DNA from: Candidatus Pyrohabitans jungbluthii | Lineage (GTDB): Archaea; Hydrothermarchaeota; Hydrothermarchaeia; Hydrothermarchaeales; BMS3B | Assembly (NCBI GenBank): GCA_002010065.2 | Contig: MTMD02000002.1 | Span: 1-64,000, forward strand | Reading direction: 5' to 3' | DNA length: 64,000 nt | In this document: in pieces, positions 30,272 through 39,586 of the stretch | Layout of the letters: each line of letters opens with the position of its first letter | Numbering within the stretch: position 1 is the first letter of the stretch | Notes under the pieces: model-generated | Told to the model about the DNA's origin: nothing | The model's input: only the letters and a program-made list of their open reading frames with translations | Databases searched by the model: none | Program-made: the position numbers and the translations under genes

Positions 30272-30754
30272 TTATGATAAGCGATCTTTCAGAATGCCTA
30301 TCAAAATAATCGCTAAAATTATGCCAAGCATTATTACAGTATCAGTGAATCCGTAATAGGCGATATCTTGTATTATTATAGAAATCAAACTTACTACAAT
30401 AGTAATTACAGCCCATGCAATCACAACTGTTGCGTATAATTCACTTCCCTTTTTCACTTTATAAAACCCAGTAAAATATTCATATAGAGAGACTATCCAC
30501 AGCAGAATCGGAAACGAAAATAACATTATCCATATAATAAGTGGCCATTGTGCAGGGCTATGACCGATAGGTTCTGGCTGTGTTATTATATACCATATAA
30601 ATCCTATTGGGTCTTTCCAGGGAGCTGGAGCATCTTCAAAGGTGACATGTATACCTATAAGAATAATGATAAAAATAAACGCAAACAAAGCTCCAAATGT
30701 TAACTGAATAATTTCATTCCGCTTTTTTCTTTTGGCTTCTTCTTTATTTTCCAT
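30272..30754 (-). CDS. Unknown membrane protein, array paralog A
   Basis: About 4 TM; DAPAPWKDPIGFIWYIITQPEP; AT-rich. Confidence 0.8.
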   Translation of the reverse strand: MENKEEAKRKKRNEIIQLTFGALFAFIFIIILIGIHVTFEDAPAPWKDPIGFIWYIITQPEPIGHSPAQWPLIIWIMLFSFPILLWIVSLYEYFTGFYKVKKGSELYATVVIAWAVITIVVSLISIIIQDIAYYGFTDTVIMLGIILAIILIGILKDRLS

Positions 30755-30816
30755 TTTGTAGCACCAGTATTTTTCTTTTTAGTTAAAGAATATAATGGTA
30801 GAAACATAGGCATTTA

Positions 30817-31107
30817 TTACCTTAGATTTTGAATAAATCTATCAATAAAATATACCGCTAAATCCTCCATTGGTTCTCCCGAAAAGGCGCTGAGAATGAA
30901 GATGATTAATAGGAATAGGATGGGCGTAGCTGAGAAGAACATTATAATCAATGTTGTCCTGCTAACGGTAAATTTTGCAATCAAAAAATTGAGTTCAAAT
31001 TCTTCTTTGTCAAGTCCTTTTTCAAAGGCGTTTGCAACTACATAAACATACCACATAAATAAAAACATAAGTATTACGGCGATTGCCATCAATATTGGGT
31101 CCCCCAT
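30817..31107 (-). CDS. Unknown small membrane protein
   Basis: 2 TM ORF with ATG, co-oriented in the array. Confidence 0.65.
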   Translation of the reverse strand: MGDPILMAIAVILMFLFMWYVYVVANAFEKGLDKEEFELNFLIAKFTVSRTTLIIMFFSATPILFLLIIFILSAFSGEPMEDLAVYFIDRFIQNLR

Positions 31108-31162
31108 ACCAACTTTTCTGTAAAGAAAAATAGTATAAATTTTTCTGTTCTGTTACAGTTTT

Positions 31163-31618
31163 TCATTTACCTTTAATATGACTATATACCAATGCAATTA
31201 TAATCAACAGTAATATCATTCCTACTGTTACTAATGTGTCAGAAAGCCCATAATATGCATAATCTTGTAGCATTACGGATATTATTGATAATGGAATGAT
31301 TAATAGAGCCCATATTAAAAAGAATTTTCCGTAATATATTTCTCTCCCTTTTATATACTCATATAGGGATATCCACCACACATATATTGCTAGAATAAAT
31401 AACATTACCCAGAAAGTATTTGGTAAGAAAATTCCGCCCCATGGGCCAGGTTCAGGCTGGGTTAATATAAACCAGATAAAACCTAATGGGTCTCTCCACG
31501 GAGCCGGAGCGTCTTTAAGAATTACAAAAATCATAAAAAATAAAGCAAATATAATACCGAATGTATACTGTATAACTACTTTCCTCTTTCTTCTCCTAAA
31601 TTCTTCTTTACTTTCCAT
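31163..31618 (-). CDS. Unknown membrane protein, array paralog B
   Basis: DAPAPWRDPLGFIWFILTQPEP, SLYEY, QDYAYYGLSDT. Confidence 0.8.
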   Translation of the reverse strand: MESKEEFRRRKRKVVIQYTFGIIFALFFMIFVILKDAPAPWRDPLGFIWFILTQPEPGPWGGIFLPNTFWVMLFILAIYVWWISLYEYIKGREIYYGKFFLIWALLIIPLSIISVMLQDYAYYGLSDTLVTVGMILLLIIIALVYSHIKGK

Positions 31619-31833
31619 TTTACATCCCCAATAATTTGCTTCTATTTCTCCACCACTCCTCTACCAAATTATTTTTGCGACCAAACTTTTAAATATTTTC
31701 TTCTATAGATTAGCCTGATTTCAATTTGTTGCAGAGGATTACTTTAGTCTACTTATCAAACTAAAAAATTGGAATAACCAAAAAATATAGCACAAATACA
31801 ATAAATAGTGAAAAAGTGTAAGTAAAGTGTGTA

Positions 31834-32394
31834 TCACATGAAAATATCAGATGGTACGAAATAGGCTAATAATATCCCAAGTAAAACAAAAAAAGCAAAA
31901 AAGAGTATAATCACTAAAATAGATTTACTCCATGATAATTCATGAGCAAATCTAATTGCAAAAATGAAACATAAAATACTCCATAAATCACCAATCACCG
32001 TTCCAAACAGTGGTATTACTCCTAACATAAGAGGAGCATAAGTAAAACCGGCAACTCTAAGGAATCCTATAAGACTTGCTCTTCCACCTACAAATTTTGC
32101 AGGAATATGAGCAATGATGGTAAAAACTAACCAGCTTACTAACATAAAAGTCGGCATAAATATTATATCTATCCAACCAAATAATGGACCTGATAGATTT
32201 TTAAATAATGTATATTTTTGAAATACTGATGCTACATAAATGTTCCCTAACGCGGGAAGAAATCCGCTTAGTAGTACAATAAGGATAGCATATTTCAACA
32301 TTTCCTCATCATCTCTCACCTCTTTATATACCGATTGATCAAGTAGCAGTACGCGTTTCATCCTATTTAGCAAGGATGATTTTGTTAATGGCAT
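31834..32394 (-). CDS. Yip1-family membrane protein
   Basis: RMKRVLLLD..VYKEV, AKFVGG, GFTYAP, AIRFAHELSWSKS. Confidence 0.7.
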   Translation of the reverse strand: MPLTKSSLLNRMKRVLLLDQSVYKEVRDDEEMLKYAILIVLLSGFLPALGNIYVASVFQKYTLFKNLSGPLFGWIDIIFMPTFMLVSWLVFTIIAHIPAKFVGGRASLIGFLRVAGFTYAPLMLGVIPLFGTVIGDLWSILCFIFAIRFAHELSWSKSILVIILFFAFFVLLGILLAYFVPSDIFM

Positions 32395-32451
32395 TCCTCA
32401 CTTCCCCTATGGGTACATCCTCTTTAAGTATGACAACAGATAAAATTATTC

Positions 32452-32739
32452 TCATTTCTCCTTTTTGGTTGGTATATTGTAAGTTGGTGGCTCGCTTCTC
32501 TCCACAAAAACCACAAACAGCACTGTTATAATTAGGCTTACAATTAAATACAGTAGAGTGGATAGCAGGATTACTACCCATTTCGGGATGCCGTACTCAA
32601 AGTAAAGATTAGAGAGAGGCTTCAGCAGAAAATATGTCAGCACCAGCGATGAGAAAACAAGGATGACAAACCAGTGCTCTATAAAATCCCTCCAGCCGAG
32701 CTTTTTTATCGCCTTTCTGACCTTCTCCAGCAATGCCAT
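32452..32739 (-). CDS. Unknown small membrane protein
   Basis: 2 TM ORF with GGGGG SD, immediately downstream of the soluble ORF. Confidence 0.65.
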   Translation of the reverse strand: MALLEKVRKAIKKLGWRDFIEHWFVILVFSSLVLTYFLLKPLSNLYFEYGIPKWVVILLSTLLYLIVSLIITVLFVVFVERSEPPTYNIPTKKEK

Positions 32740-32747
32740 TCCCCCAA

Positions 32748-33413
32748 TCAATAGCTCTGCAGCAGCTCAAAAAATTTCAGGTTGAAGTCTATTGCCTCTC
32801 TCAGAAGCCTGCGTCTTTTTTCTTTCCTGTTGCCTACAGCCCAGTAAATTTGGGAAATCTCTCCTATTTCAAGCTTTAATTCTCTATCGTTAAGACGCCC
32901 TTTCCAGAAGGCTTTAAAAATATCAGGTCTCTCAAATGTTTCAAGTAAAGAATTCACTTTATTTGAGAAAAATTGTATTAACTTAGGGACATCTTCAGTA
33001 TTGTCTAAAATCAATAACTTTTTCCCTAAAATACGCTTAACGTAGAATCCTTTTTTGATACTAAATCCCATTTTAAGGTCTCCAAAATTTCTTATTCTTG
33101 GATTGGCATCCTTTGCATCCCATATAAAGGTGAGAGTGTAGTAATTTTCTGTAGGGGTTGAGTAGGATAGAGTCTCTCCAATAAACTCGCAGTTATGCGG
33201 AAGCTTGGCTTTGAGCATCTGATGCTTGTTGGCATCGGTAGTCATCTTAGATGTATTTTTAGGGTGAATTCCAATCCAGATTATTTCTCCATTAAAATCC
33301 TCAACTACAACCCTTGCGAGGTCCTCAATTAAGTCCTTGAGAGTCTCTACTTTAAACATCTCCTTAATGGTTCTGAGGGTATCCAATTTGAATATGCCCC
33401 TAAGGGCTCCCAT
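32748..33413 (-). CDS. Unknown soluble protein, 221 aa
   Basis: Long AT-rich ATG ORF, no recognised motif. Confidence 0.7.
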   Translation of the reverse strand: MGALRGIFKLDTLRTIKEMFKVETLKDLIEDLARVVVEDFNGEIIWIGIHPKNTSKMTTDANKHQMLKAKLPHNCEFIGETLSYSTPTENYYTLTFIWDAKDANPRIRNFGDLKMGFSIKKGFYVKRILGKKLLILDNTEDVPKLIQFFSNKVNSLLETFERPDIFKAFWKGRLNDRELKLEIGEISQIYWAVGNRKEKRRRLLREAIDFNLKFFELLQSY

Positions 33414-33453
33414 AGTTTATTACCCCACTTAATTTTTGTAATTCCTGTAGATC

Positions 33454-33945
33454 CTATGATAAATAATCCTTCAATGTGCTTATCAAAATAATCGCTAAAA
33501 TTATACCCCATACTATTAGAGTGTCCTTCAATCCCCAGTGAACAATAGGTGCTGCGAAGAGAGATGTTACAATCAGCAGAATAGTAATTGCAATCCACGC
33601 CAGAAAGACCTTTTCGCCCAAGTCACTGAATTTGTTTACCTCGTATATTCCATTAAAATATTCATATAAAGACACTATCCAGAATAGAAAAGGTAACAGA
33701 AAAATCATATAAATAAACGCCCAAGGGACTGAACCTCTCTCAGGCTCCGGGTATGCTATTATATGCCAGATAAAACCCAAAGGGTCTTCCCATGGAAAGG
33801 GGGCTCCCTCCAATTTTACATTCATTAAAACTACAAAGGATAATATGAGCAATGATAAGATTGAGAGAATCATGTATTGAATTGTTTCTTTCAGCTTTTT
33901 ACGTTTGGATTTCTCATCCTTCACTATTCTTGCCCATCCTACCAC
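33454..33945 (-). CDS. Unknown membrane protein, array paralog C
   Basis: GAPFPWEDPLGFIWHIIAYPEP, VSLYEYF, GIILAIILI..LKDYLS. Confidence 0.8.
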   Translation of the reverse strand: MVGWARIVKDEKSKRKKLKETIQYMILSILSLLILSFVVLMNVKLEGAPFPWEDPLGFIWHIIAYPEPERGSVPWAFIYMIFLLPFLFWIVSLYEYFNGIYEVNKFSDLGEKVFLAWIAITILLIVTSLFAAPIVHWGLKDTLIVWGIILAIILISTLKDYLS

Positions 33946-33977
33946 AAGATTTTTTTAAGCCTTTTCTATTACTTTTT

Positions 33978-34253
33978 TTAACTCCTCCAAATTTGATAAT
34001 TTCCTTGTAAGTATTCTTTGAGTTCCCACAAAAACAGGAGAGTAGAAAAAATTCCCAAGATTACAATAATACCTGGTGCCATTCTGGCCCATCCATAACC
34101 GACGCCAGACAATAAATATTTTATCAACTCCCATTTGGTTTCAGCAGGAGCAGTTTTAATTATGTAGTAGGACCATAGGTCAAATATTATAGCTAAAACA
34201 AACATCTGTAATACCTGATTTCTCTTCTTCCTCTTTGCTTCTTTAATATCCAT
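33978..34253 (-). CDS. Unknown membrane protein, short divergent paralog D
   Basis: MDIKEAKRKKRNQVLQ N-terminus shared with paralog A; AP and LKEY..G motifs. Confidence 0.7.
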   Translation of the reverse strand: MDIKEAKRKKRNQVLQMFVLAIIFDLWSYYIIKTAPAETKWELIKYLLSGVGYGWARMAPGIIVILGIFSTLLFLWELKEYLQGNYQIWRS

Positions 34254-34327
34254 ACTGAATTTTATTTAATCACTCATTTAAAATATTTTCTCATTCTCAT
34301 TAACTGACGCTGAATCACGCTATTAAG

Positions 34328-35407
34328 CTACATAAAGTCCTCCAGCGTAACCGCCTGCCTCTTTTTAAGCTTTGAAAGCCTTATACCCAGGAGACGTACC
34401 TTTCTCCCGCGAAGAAAGCTTGAGAGCAGGGCTTCAGCCACTTCCTTTATTGTATCCAGGTCGCCATGGTAGCTGCTCAGGGTTCTAGCATGAGTGTGTG
34501 TTTCAAAGTCGGCAAACCTCACTTTTAACGTCAGGGTTTTGAACAGGAAGCCTTCCTCCTCTAAATCGCGGTGCACGCCTTCAGCGATTTCCTCCAGCGC
34601 AGATTTTAGCGCTTCCTCCTCGCCTAAGTCATGCTCAAACGTCCTCTCCCTGCCTATGGACTTGACCTTTGAGCGTTCCCTTACCTCGCGGTCGTCTATG
34701 CCACGGGCAAGCATAATTAGGCGGTGAGCCCACCTGCCAAAAGCCGGGATTAGCCTCTGCACATCGCAGTTTGCAAGTTCCCCAATTGTGGTTATTCCCA
34801 GCTCCTTCAGCACCTCCTCGCTTCTTGGCCCAATACCTGGAATTTTTCGGACAGGTAGCGGAGAAAGGAACCTCTCAACCTCTTGCGGCTCAACCACAGT
34901 TAAGCCGTCTGGCTTGCGGTGGTCAGATGCGATTTTAGCAACGAGCTTGTTTGGGCCTATGCCTATGGAGCAGGTTAGCTTCTCCTTTTCGTAGATCTCG
35001 GCCTTTATGCGCTTCGCGAGCTTAGCAGCCTCTGCATAGCTTTTAGCGATGCCGGTAACGTCTAAGTAAGCTTCGTCCACGCTCACCTGCTGGAACTTGA
35101 CCGCGTAGCTCCGCAGTATCTGCATTATTCTCCTCGACACCCTCCAGTAGAGTTCGTGGCGCACCGGCAAAAACACGCAGTGGGGACAGAGCTTGTAAGC
35201 CTGGGATATAGGCATTGCGGAGCGAACGCCATACCTGCGAGCCTCGTAGCTGGCGGTGCTCACCACCCCTCTGCCCTTACCTCCCTTTGGGTCAGCGCCC
35301 ACAACGACGGGCTTGCCTCTAAGCTCGGGATTCTCCCTCTGCTCTATCGCAGAGAAGAAGCTGTCCATGTCAACGTGGAGTATTATTCTATTGCGGCGCG
35401 AACGCAT
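34328..35407 (-). CDS. dinB: DNA polymerase IV (Y family)
   Basis: HVDMDSFF, SYEAR, SVDEAYLD, KLVAKIAS..KPDG. Confidence 0.95.
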   Translation of the reverse strand: MRSRRNRIILHVDMDSFFSAIEQRENPELRGKPVVVGADPKGGKGRGVVSTASYEARRYGVRSAMPISQAYKLCPHCVFLPVRHELYWRVSRRIMQILRSYAVKFQQVSVDEAYLDVTGIAKSYAEAAKLAKRIKAEIYEKEKLTCSIGIGPNKLVAKIASDHRKPDGLTVVEPQEVERFLSPLPVRKIPGIGPRSEEVLKELGITTIGELANCDVQRLIPAFGRWAHRLIMLARGIDDREVRERSKVKSIGRERTFEHDLGEEEALKSALEEIAEGVHRDLEEEGFLFKTLTLKVRFADFETHTHARTLSSYHGDLDTIKEVAEALLSSFLRGRKVRLLGIRLSKLKKRQAVTLEDFM

Positions 35408-35426
35408 ACCTTAGAGAGTGAGGTTC

Positions 35427-35861
35427 TCAATGGGACTCTTTTCCGAAGTCCCAGGTGGAGATGCTCTCTGGGGTTATCTCCAGGAGAACACCCCGGGGTG
35501 CGTTTGTGGTCTTCAGGTATCTTTTTGCCGGGTCACTCTCCGGGTCTCCCACATACCTTTTCAGGATCTTGGCACGCACATCGCCTATCCTCTCCGGGTC
35601 GTGGCTGAGTTCCGCCCTACCCCTCCCCACGGCGCCCTTATAGGGTTGCTGGCGCAGATCCACGCAAAAGGCAACTTCAGGATTCTCAGCGGCATTTTTT
35701 GCCTTAGCAGAGTTCTCTCGGGTTAGGATAAAAATCTTCCCTCCCTCGTAGAGATACCATACCGGCGACAGGTCGATGCCACCATTTTTATCTAGGGTAG
35801 CCAGGGTGAGAATGTGCCTGCCGTCCCTAAGAAAGTCCTCAAGCTCCTCCCGCTCTATCAT
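35427..35861 (-). CDS. Pyridoxamine 5'-phosphate oxidase-like (PPOX/FDOR) protein
   Basis: LATL, SPVWY, KAKN..NPEV, ISTWDF. Confidence 0.82.
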   Translation of the reverse strand: MIEREELEDFLRDGRHILTLATLDKNGGIDLSPVWYLYEGGKIFILTRENSAKAKNAAENPEVAFCVDLRQQPYKGAVGRGRAELSHDPERIGDVRAKILKRYVGDPESDPAKRYLKTTNAPRGVLLEITPESISTWDFGKESH

Positions 35862-35954
35862 AGCTCCCCCAGGAAAAGCCTGGAAAATTTCGAATGTAAT
35901 CCTTATCACCTCCCTAGCATAGTATTTTTCCAAAGAAGTTAATAACTCTTTGGA

Positions 35955-37085
35955 CTAAACCTCAACCAGGCGGTACTCTGCGCTGCCCAAGCCAAGGCGC
36001 TCCGCCTCTTCGAGTTGCACCCTGGTATCCAGGTCTTCAAACAGGGACTCAAACTTCTTAGCCTTAGCTGCTCTCGCCTCCTCGCTCAGGAGCGTATTGT
36101 CCAGACCATGCGAAGCCTCTATTAAATCAAGAGAAGCCCTGTCTATTGCTAAGATATCCCTGGAAGCGAGCACGCCTAAGTCAGCAACAATAGGATTATC
36201 GCTGAAAGCGCAGCAATCGCAGTGGGGGGTTATGTCCAGAAGGAAGTTGAAGAAGAGGAAGTTTTCCCTGCCCTTGGCTTCGAGCACTGCCTTGGCTGCG
36301 GCGACTATACGCTTGCTCAAGTTGGCGTTGCTCGTCCACTTGAGTATAATTGCATCCTCTTCGCAGTACTCCACGCACCCGTTGCATTTTATACACTTCG
36401 CAGCCTCTATGGCAGGCGGCGAAATTGCTCTGCCGGGGCAGCGCTTGGCGCAGGCGCCGCAGCGCGTGCACTTAGCGGCATCTATACTCGGCACCGCGTC
36501 GAGGTGGAGGTCATACTTCGTTGGCTTAGCCACGCACCCCACGCCTATGTTTTTAATCGCCCCTCCAAAGCTGGAGCTGAAGTGCCCTGTAAAGTGGGTA
36601 AGCGCAATCACCTTATCTGCCTCGAGAATCGCCTTCGCCACGTACACTTCCCTGAGCGCTGCATTCTCCAGCTTGTAGGCTATGCCGTCGAAGCCCAGCA
36701 AACCGTCGGCAATAACTATTGGCGCAGCGAGGGTTTCGAAGGTGTAGCCGTTCTCCCGGGCAATCTTAATCCTGCCATGGGCAGTGCTGCGGTCGTACCT
36801 CATGCCCAAGCCGGTGGTTTCGGTGACGAAAGGCTTGCCCCCGAGCTTCTTCACCAGCTGCACAACCTTTCTTACATACACGCTGCGCAGCGTGCGAGTG
36901 GTGCCATGGTCACCGAAGTGGGTTTTTACCGCCACCACGTCGCCCTTCTCGATAAAATTCTCCAGCCCAGCCTCAAAGGCGAGCTTCTCCAGCCTTGTGA
37001 CTAAGCTATAGCTCCTGTTCGCCCAGTGCTCAACACTCCTCACCGGTGCGCGGGAATCCAGGAAGTAAACCTCACTCATGCTCAT
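35955..37085 (-). CDS. DUF362 protein with 2x[4Fe-4S] domain
   Basis: VKTHFG, HFTGH, GGAIKNIGVGC, CxxCxxC twice, ITPHCDC. Confidence 0.88.
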   Translation of the reverse strand: MSMSEVYFLDSRAPVRSVEHWANRSYSLVTRLEKLAFEAGLENFIEKGDVVAVKTHFGDHGTTRTLRSVYVRKVVQLVKKLGGKPFVTETTGLGMRYDRSTAHGRIKIARENGYTFETLAAPIVIADGLLGFDGIAYKLENAALREVYVAKAILEADKVIALTHFTGHFSSSFGGAIKNIGVGCVAKPTKYDLHLDAVPSIDAAKCTRCGACAKRCPGRAISPPAIEAAKCIKCNGCVEYCEEDAIILKWTSNANLSKRIVAAAKAVLEAKGRENFLFFNFLLDITPHCDCCAFSDNPIVADLGVLASRDILAIDRASLDLIEASHGLDNTLLSEEARAAKAKKFESLFEDLDTRVQLEEAERLGLGSAEYRLVEV

Positions 37086-37798
37086 ATGTCTGCTATCCCC
37101 CGCTCTGTTATCACAAATCTCGCCTTCAAGCCCTCTGGTAGAGAGCGATGACGGCGCAGTATCGCCTCGCGAACATTGCCGTGACGCTTAATCTCAAGAA
37201 TCGCCTTGCTCCAGTACTTCAGCACATCTCCAGCAATTGGTTCAAAGCCTTCGCCGTTCATCGCTGAGTAAACTTGGTTGGTGATTATAACTGGAAGGTT
37301 GAACCTCCTCGCCAGTTCTAAGAGCTTTGCCATCTGCCTGCTCAGCGCACGGTTGAGCATGCTTGCGGTGTCGTCGTCGCGGTCAAGGCGGTATAGGGAA
37401 ACCGCAGAGTCGAGAACAACCAATCCAAAATCCTCGCTTAGCACGTGCTCTATATTCTCCACTATGAAGCACTGCTCCTCAAAGGTGCTCGCCTCATAGA
37501 AGTAAGCCCTCTCAAGCACGCGCTCATAATCCTCGCCGGCGATCTGCCGCACCCTCTCCAGCGAGTGTCCCCCTTCGGTGTCTATGAATATGGCGCGTTT
37601 TCCATGCCTCACAGCGCTCACAGTGTACAGAAGGCACAGGTTGGTCTTTCCCACGCCAGGTGGGCCATAAATCTGGGTTATGATTCTGCTTTCCACCCCT
37701 CCAGAGAGGATTTCATCTAATGCGGAGCCGATGGGAAGTTTCCATGTTTCTGCCCTCGCCCTATAGGCCTCTAGCCTAGCGTCACTGTTCTCAGACAT
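37082..37798 (-). CDS. radB: DNA repair protein RadB
   Basis: YGPPGVGKT, IDTEG, TNQV, basic RRHR patch. Confidence 0.9.
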   Translation of the reverse strand: MSENSDARLEAYRARAETWKLPIGSALDEILSGGVESRIITQIYGPPGVGKTNLCLLYTVSAVRHGKRAIFIDTEGGHSLERVRQIAGEDYERVLERAYFYEASTFEEQCFIVENIEHVLSEDFGLVVLDSAVSLYRLDRDDDTASMLNRALSRQMAKLLELARRFNLPVIITNQVYSAMNGEGFEPIAGDVLKYWSKAILEIKRHGNVREAILRRHRSLPEGLKARFVITERGIADI

Positions 37799-37911
37799 CC
37801 GTATAAAGATGGTTGTGGAGAAGATATAAACCCTTTCCTCAATCACTTTTCCGGCGCTCTCGGATAAGGGATATTTATGCACCCTTATAAGCTTAAAGTA
37901 GGTGGAAGAAT

Positions 37912-38142
37912 ATGAAAGCCGGAAAGTTCTGCTTCAACTGTGGGGGTGCTCTCGAGTACAGCGGAAGTAACTTGGAGTGCCCCTCCTGCAAGGCGGTTTA
38001 TCATAACCTGATTATCTCAGAATCGGAGTTTGCAGAAGGCGAGGCGAGGGTTGTGGAACTGAGCATCGCCGCGGATATAACCTTTAAACTACCAGCGCAT
38101 GTTACGCAGCACACTCTTGCAAGACCTCTAGCGCATGCGTAG
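37912..38142 (+). CDS. Small zinc-ribbon protein
   Basis: CFNCG and CPSC; GGTGG SD. Confidence 0.55.
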   Translation: MKAGKFCFNCGGALEYSGSNLECPSCKAVYHNLIISESEFAEGEARVVELSIAADITFKLPAHVTQHTLARPLAHA

Positions 38143-38331
38143 CTAGAAATCCTCGTACACCATTATTGCGCGCGGGGTACAGTTTTCAACTACAGCCTCG
38201 CAATCGCACTCATCGCAGGCGTCGGGATTAACCACGTTGGACTTGCCGTTTATAAGCTTAAATACCCCCGGGCAGAGCAACTCGCACTTCCCGCAGCCTA
38301 TGCACGCGCGCTGGTCCACGACGGGAATCAT
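38143..38331 (-). CDS. Ferredoxin
   Basis: CIGCGKCELLCPGVF...CTPRAI. Confidence 0.85.
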   Translation of the reverse strand: MIPVVDQRACIGCGKCELLCPGVFKLINGKSNVVNPDACDECDCEAVVENCTPRAIMVYEDF

Positions 38332-38395
38332 ACCTGATTGCGGGGGTTTTAACCTTGGAATAATATTTTAATAATTGCTATGCCGATAATCTCCC

Positions 38396-39586
38396 ATGCA
38401 TGTAGACGTTCTAGTAGTGGGCGGGGGACCCGCTGGCTTAATTGCAGCACGCGATGTGGCAAGGCATGGCCATGAGGTTCTCGTTATTGAGGAGCATCCC
38501 GAGATAGGCGAACCCGTGCAGTGCTCTGGCTTATTCAGCATCCGCGGGCTTAAGCGCCTCGAGGTAAACCTCCCAAAAAGGGCAATCGCGGGCGTTATTC
38601 GCGGAGGGCGCTTTTTCTCTCCGGGCGGAGAAAAATTTGAGGCATACTCAAAGCTCGACCGCGCGTATGTGGTTGAGCGCAGGCTGTTTGATAAGGAGTT
38701 AGCGAAAGAGGCAGCGATGGCGGGCGCAAGAATAACGCTGAAAACAAAGGCAATAGGGTTAAGAATAGCTGATAAAGCGAAAGTGGTACTGGAAAGTGGT
38801 GGAAAAAGAGAGGTGGTTGAAGCAGAGGTGGTTATCGCTGCCGATGGGGTGCGCTCCCGTGTGGCGTCATTGCTTGGACTCAAGACTCCAAGGAAAATAG
38901 TCGCCGCCGCCCAGGTCGAGGTGGAAAGCGCGCGCGTGGAGGATGATGTTGCCGAGCTTTACTTCGGCAGAGAGTGGGCTCCCAACTTCTACGCGTGGCT
39001 TTTACCCAAGGGTGAGGTTTACGAAGTGGGCGTAGGCGTGCGCCAGGGAAAGTATCCGCCCCGTGTTTACCTGGAGAGGTTTATGAGGGAGCACCCCATT
39101 GCAAAGCAGAAAATCACTGGCAGGAGCCAGGTTGAGTACAACATGGGCGGCTTTCCCGTAGCGTCGCCGCAGGATACTTTCGCCGAACGCGTGCTTCTCG
39201 TCGGCGATGCGGGAGGCTTTGTCAAGGCAAGCACCGGCGGAGGGGTTATCACGGGAGGAATCTCTGCAAGGCTTGCTGCGAAAGCAGCTTGCTTAGCAAT
39301 TGAGGAGAAAAACTTCTCTTCTCAGTTTTTCCGGGAGAATTATGAGAAGGCGTGGAAGGCAGAGCTTGGAAGGGAGCTTGAGGTGCACGAGCTGATAAGG
39401 AAGATATTCGACTCTCTGAGCGATGAAGAGCTGGACGCACTCTTTAAAATAGCCATTGAGGAGGATATCGCCTCGCTCATGGTCCAGTATCCCGACACCG
39501 ATCGCCCCTATGATTTCTTCATGCAGCTTCTGGAAAAGGAGCGCTTTGTCAGGGCAATAGAGAGGTTTATATCGCTTGAGCTTTAG
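38396..39586 (+). CDS. Geranylgeranyl reductase family protein (paralog 2)
   Basis: GGGPAG, PVQCSGL, PNFYAWLLPK, GDAG. Confidence 0.88.
   Translation: MHVDVLVVGGGPAGLIAARDVARHGHEVLVIEEHPEIGEPVQCSGLFSIRGLKRLEVNLPKRAIAGVIRGGRFFSPGGEKFEAYSKLDRAYVVERRLFDKELAKEAAMAGARITLKTKAIGLRIADKAKVVLESGGKREVVEAEVVIAADGVRSRVASLLGLKTPRKIVAAAQVEVESARVEDDVAELYFGREWAPNFYAWLLPKGEVYEVGVGVRQGKYPPRVYLERFMREHPIAKQKITGRSQVEYNMGGFPVASPQDTFAERVLLVGDAGGFVKASTGGGVITGGISARLAAKAACLAIEEKNFSSQFFRENYEKAWKAELGRELEVHELIRKIFDSLSDEELDALFKIAIEEDIASLMVQYPDTDRPYDFFMQLLEKERFVRAIERFISLEL

Noticed and set aside
31740-31833. Possible membrane-gene remnant inside the array
   Set aside because: T-rich DNA gives hydrophobic translations in every frame; no match to the paralog motifs
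30272-34253. Integron cassette array or DGR target array
   Set aside because: No repeated attC-like sites between genes, some genes are nearly abutting, and there is no integrase, reverse transcriptase or adenine-specific TR/VR pair
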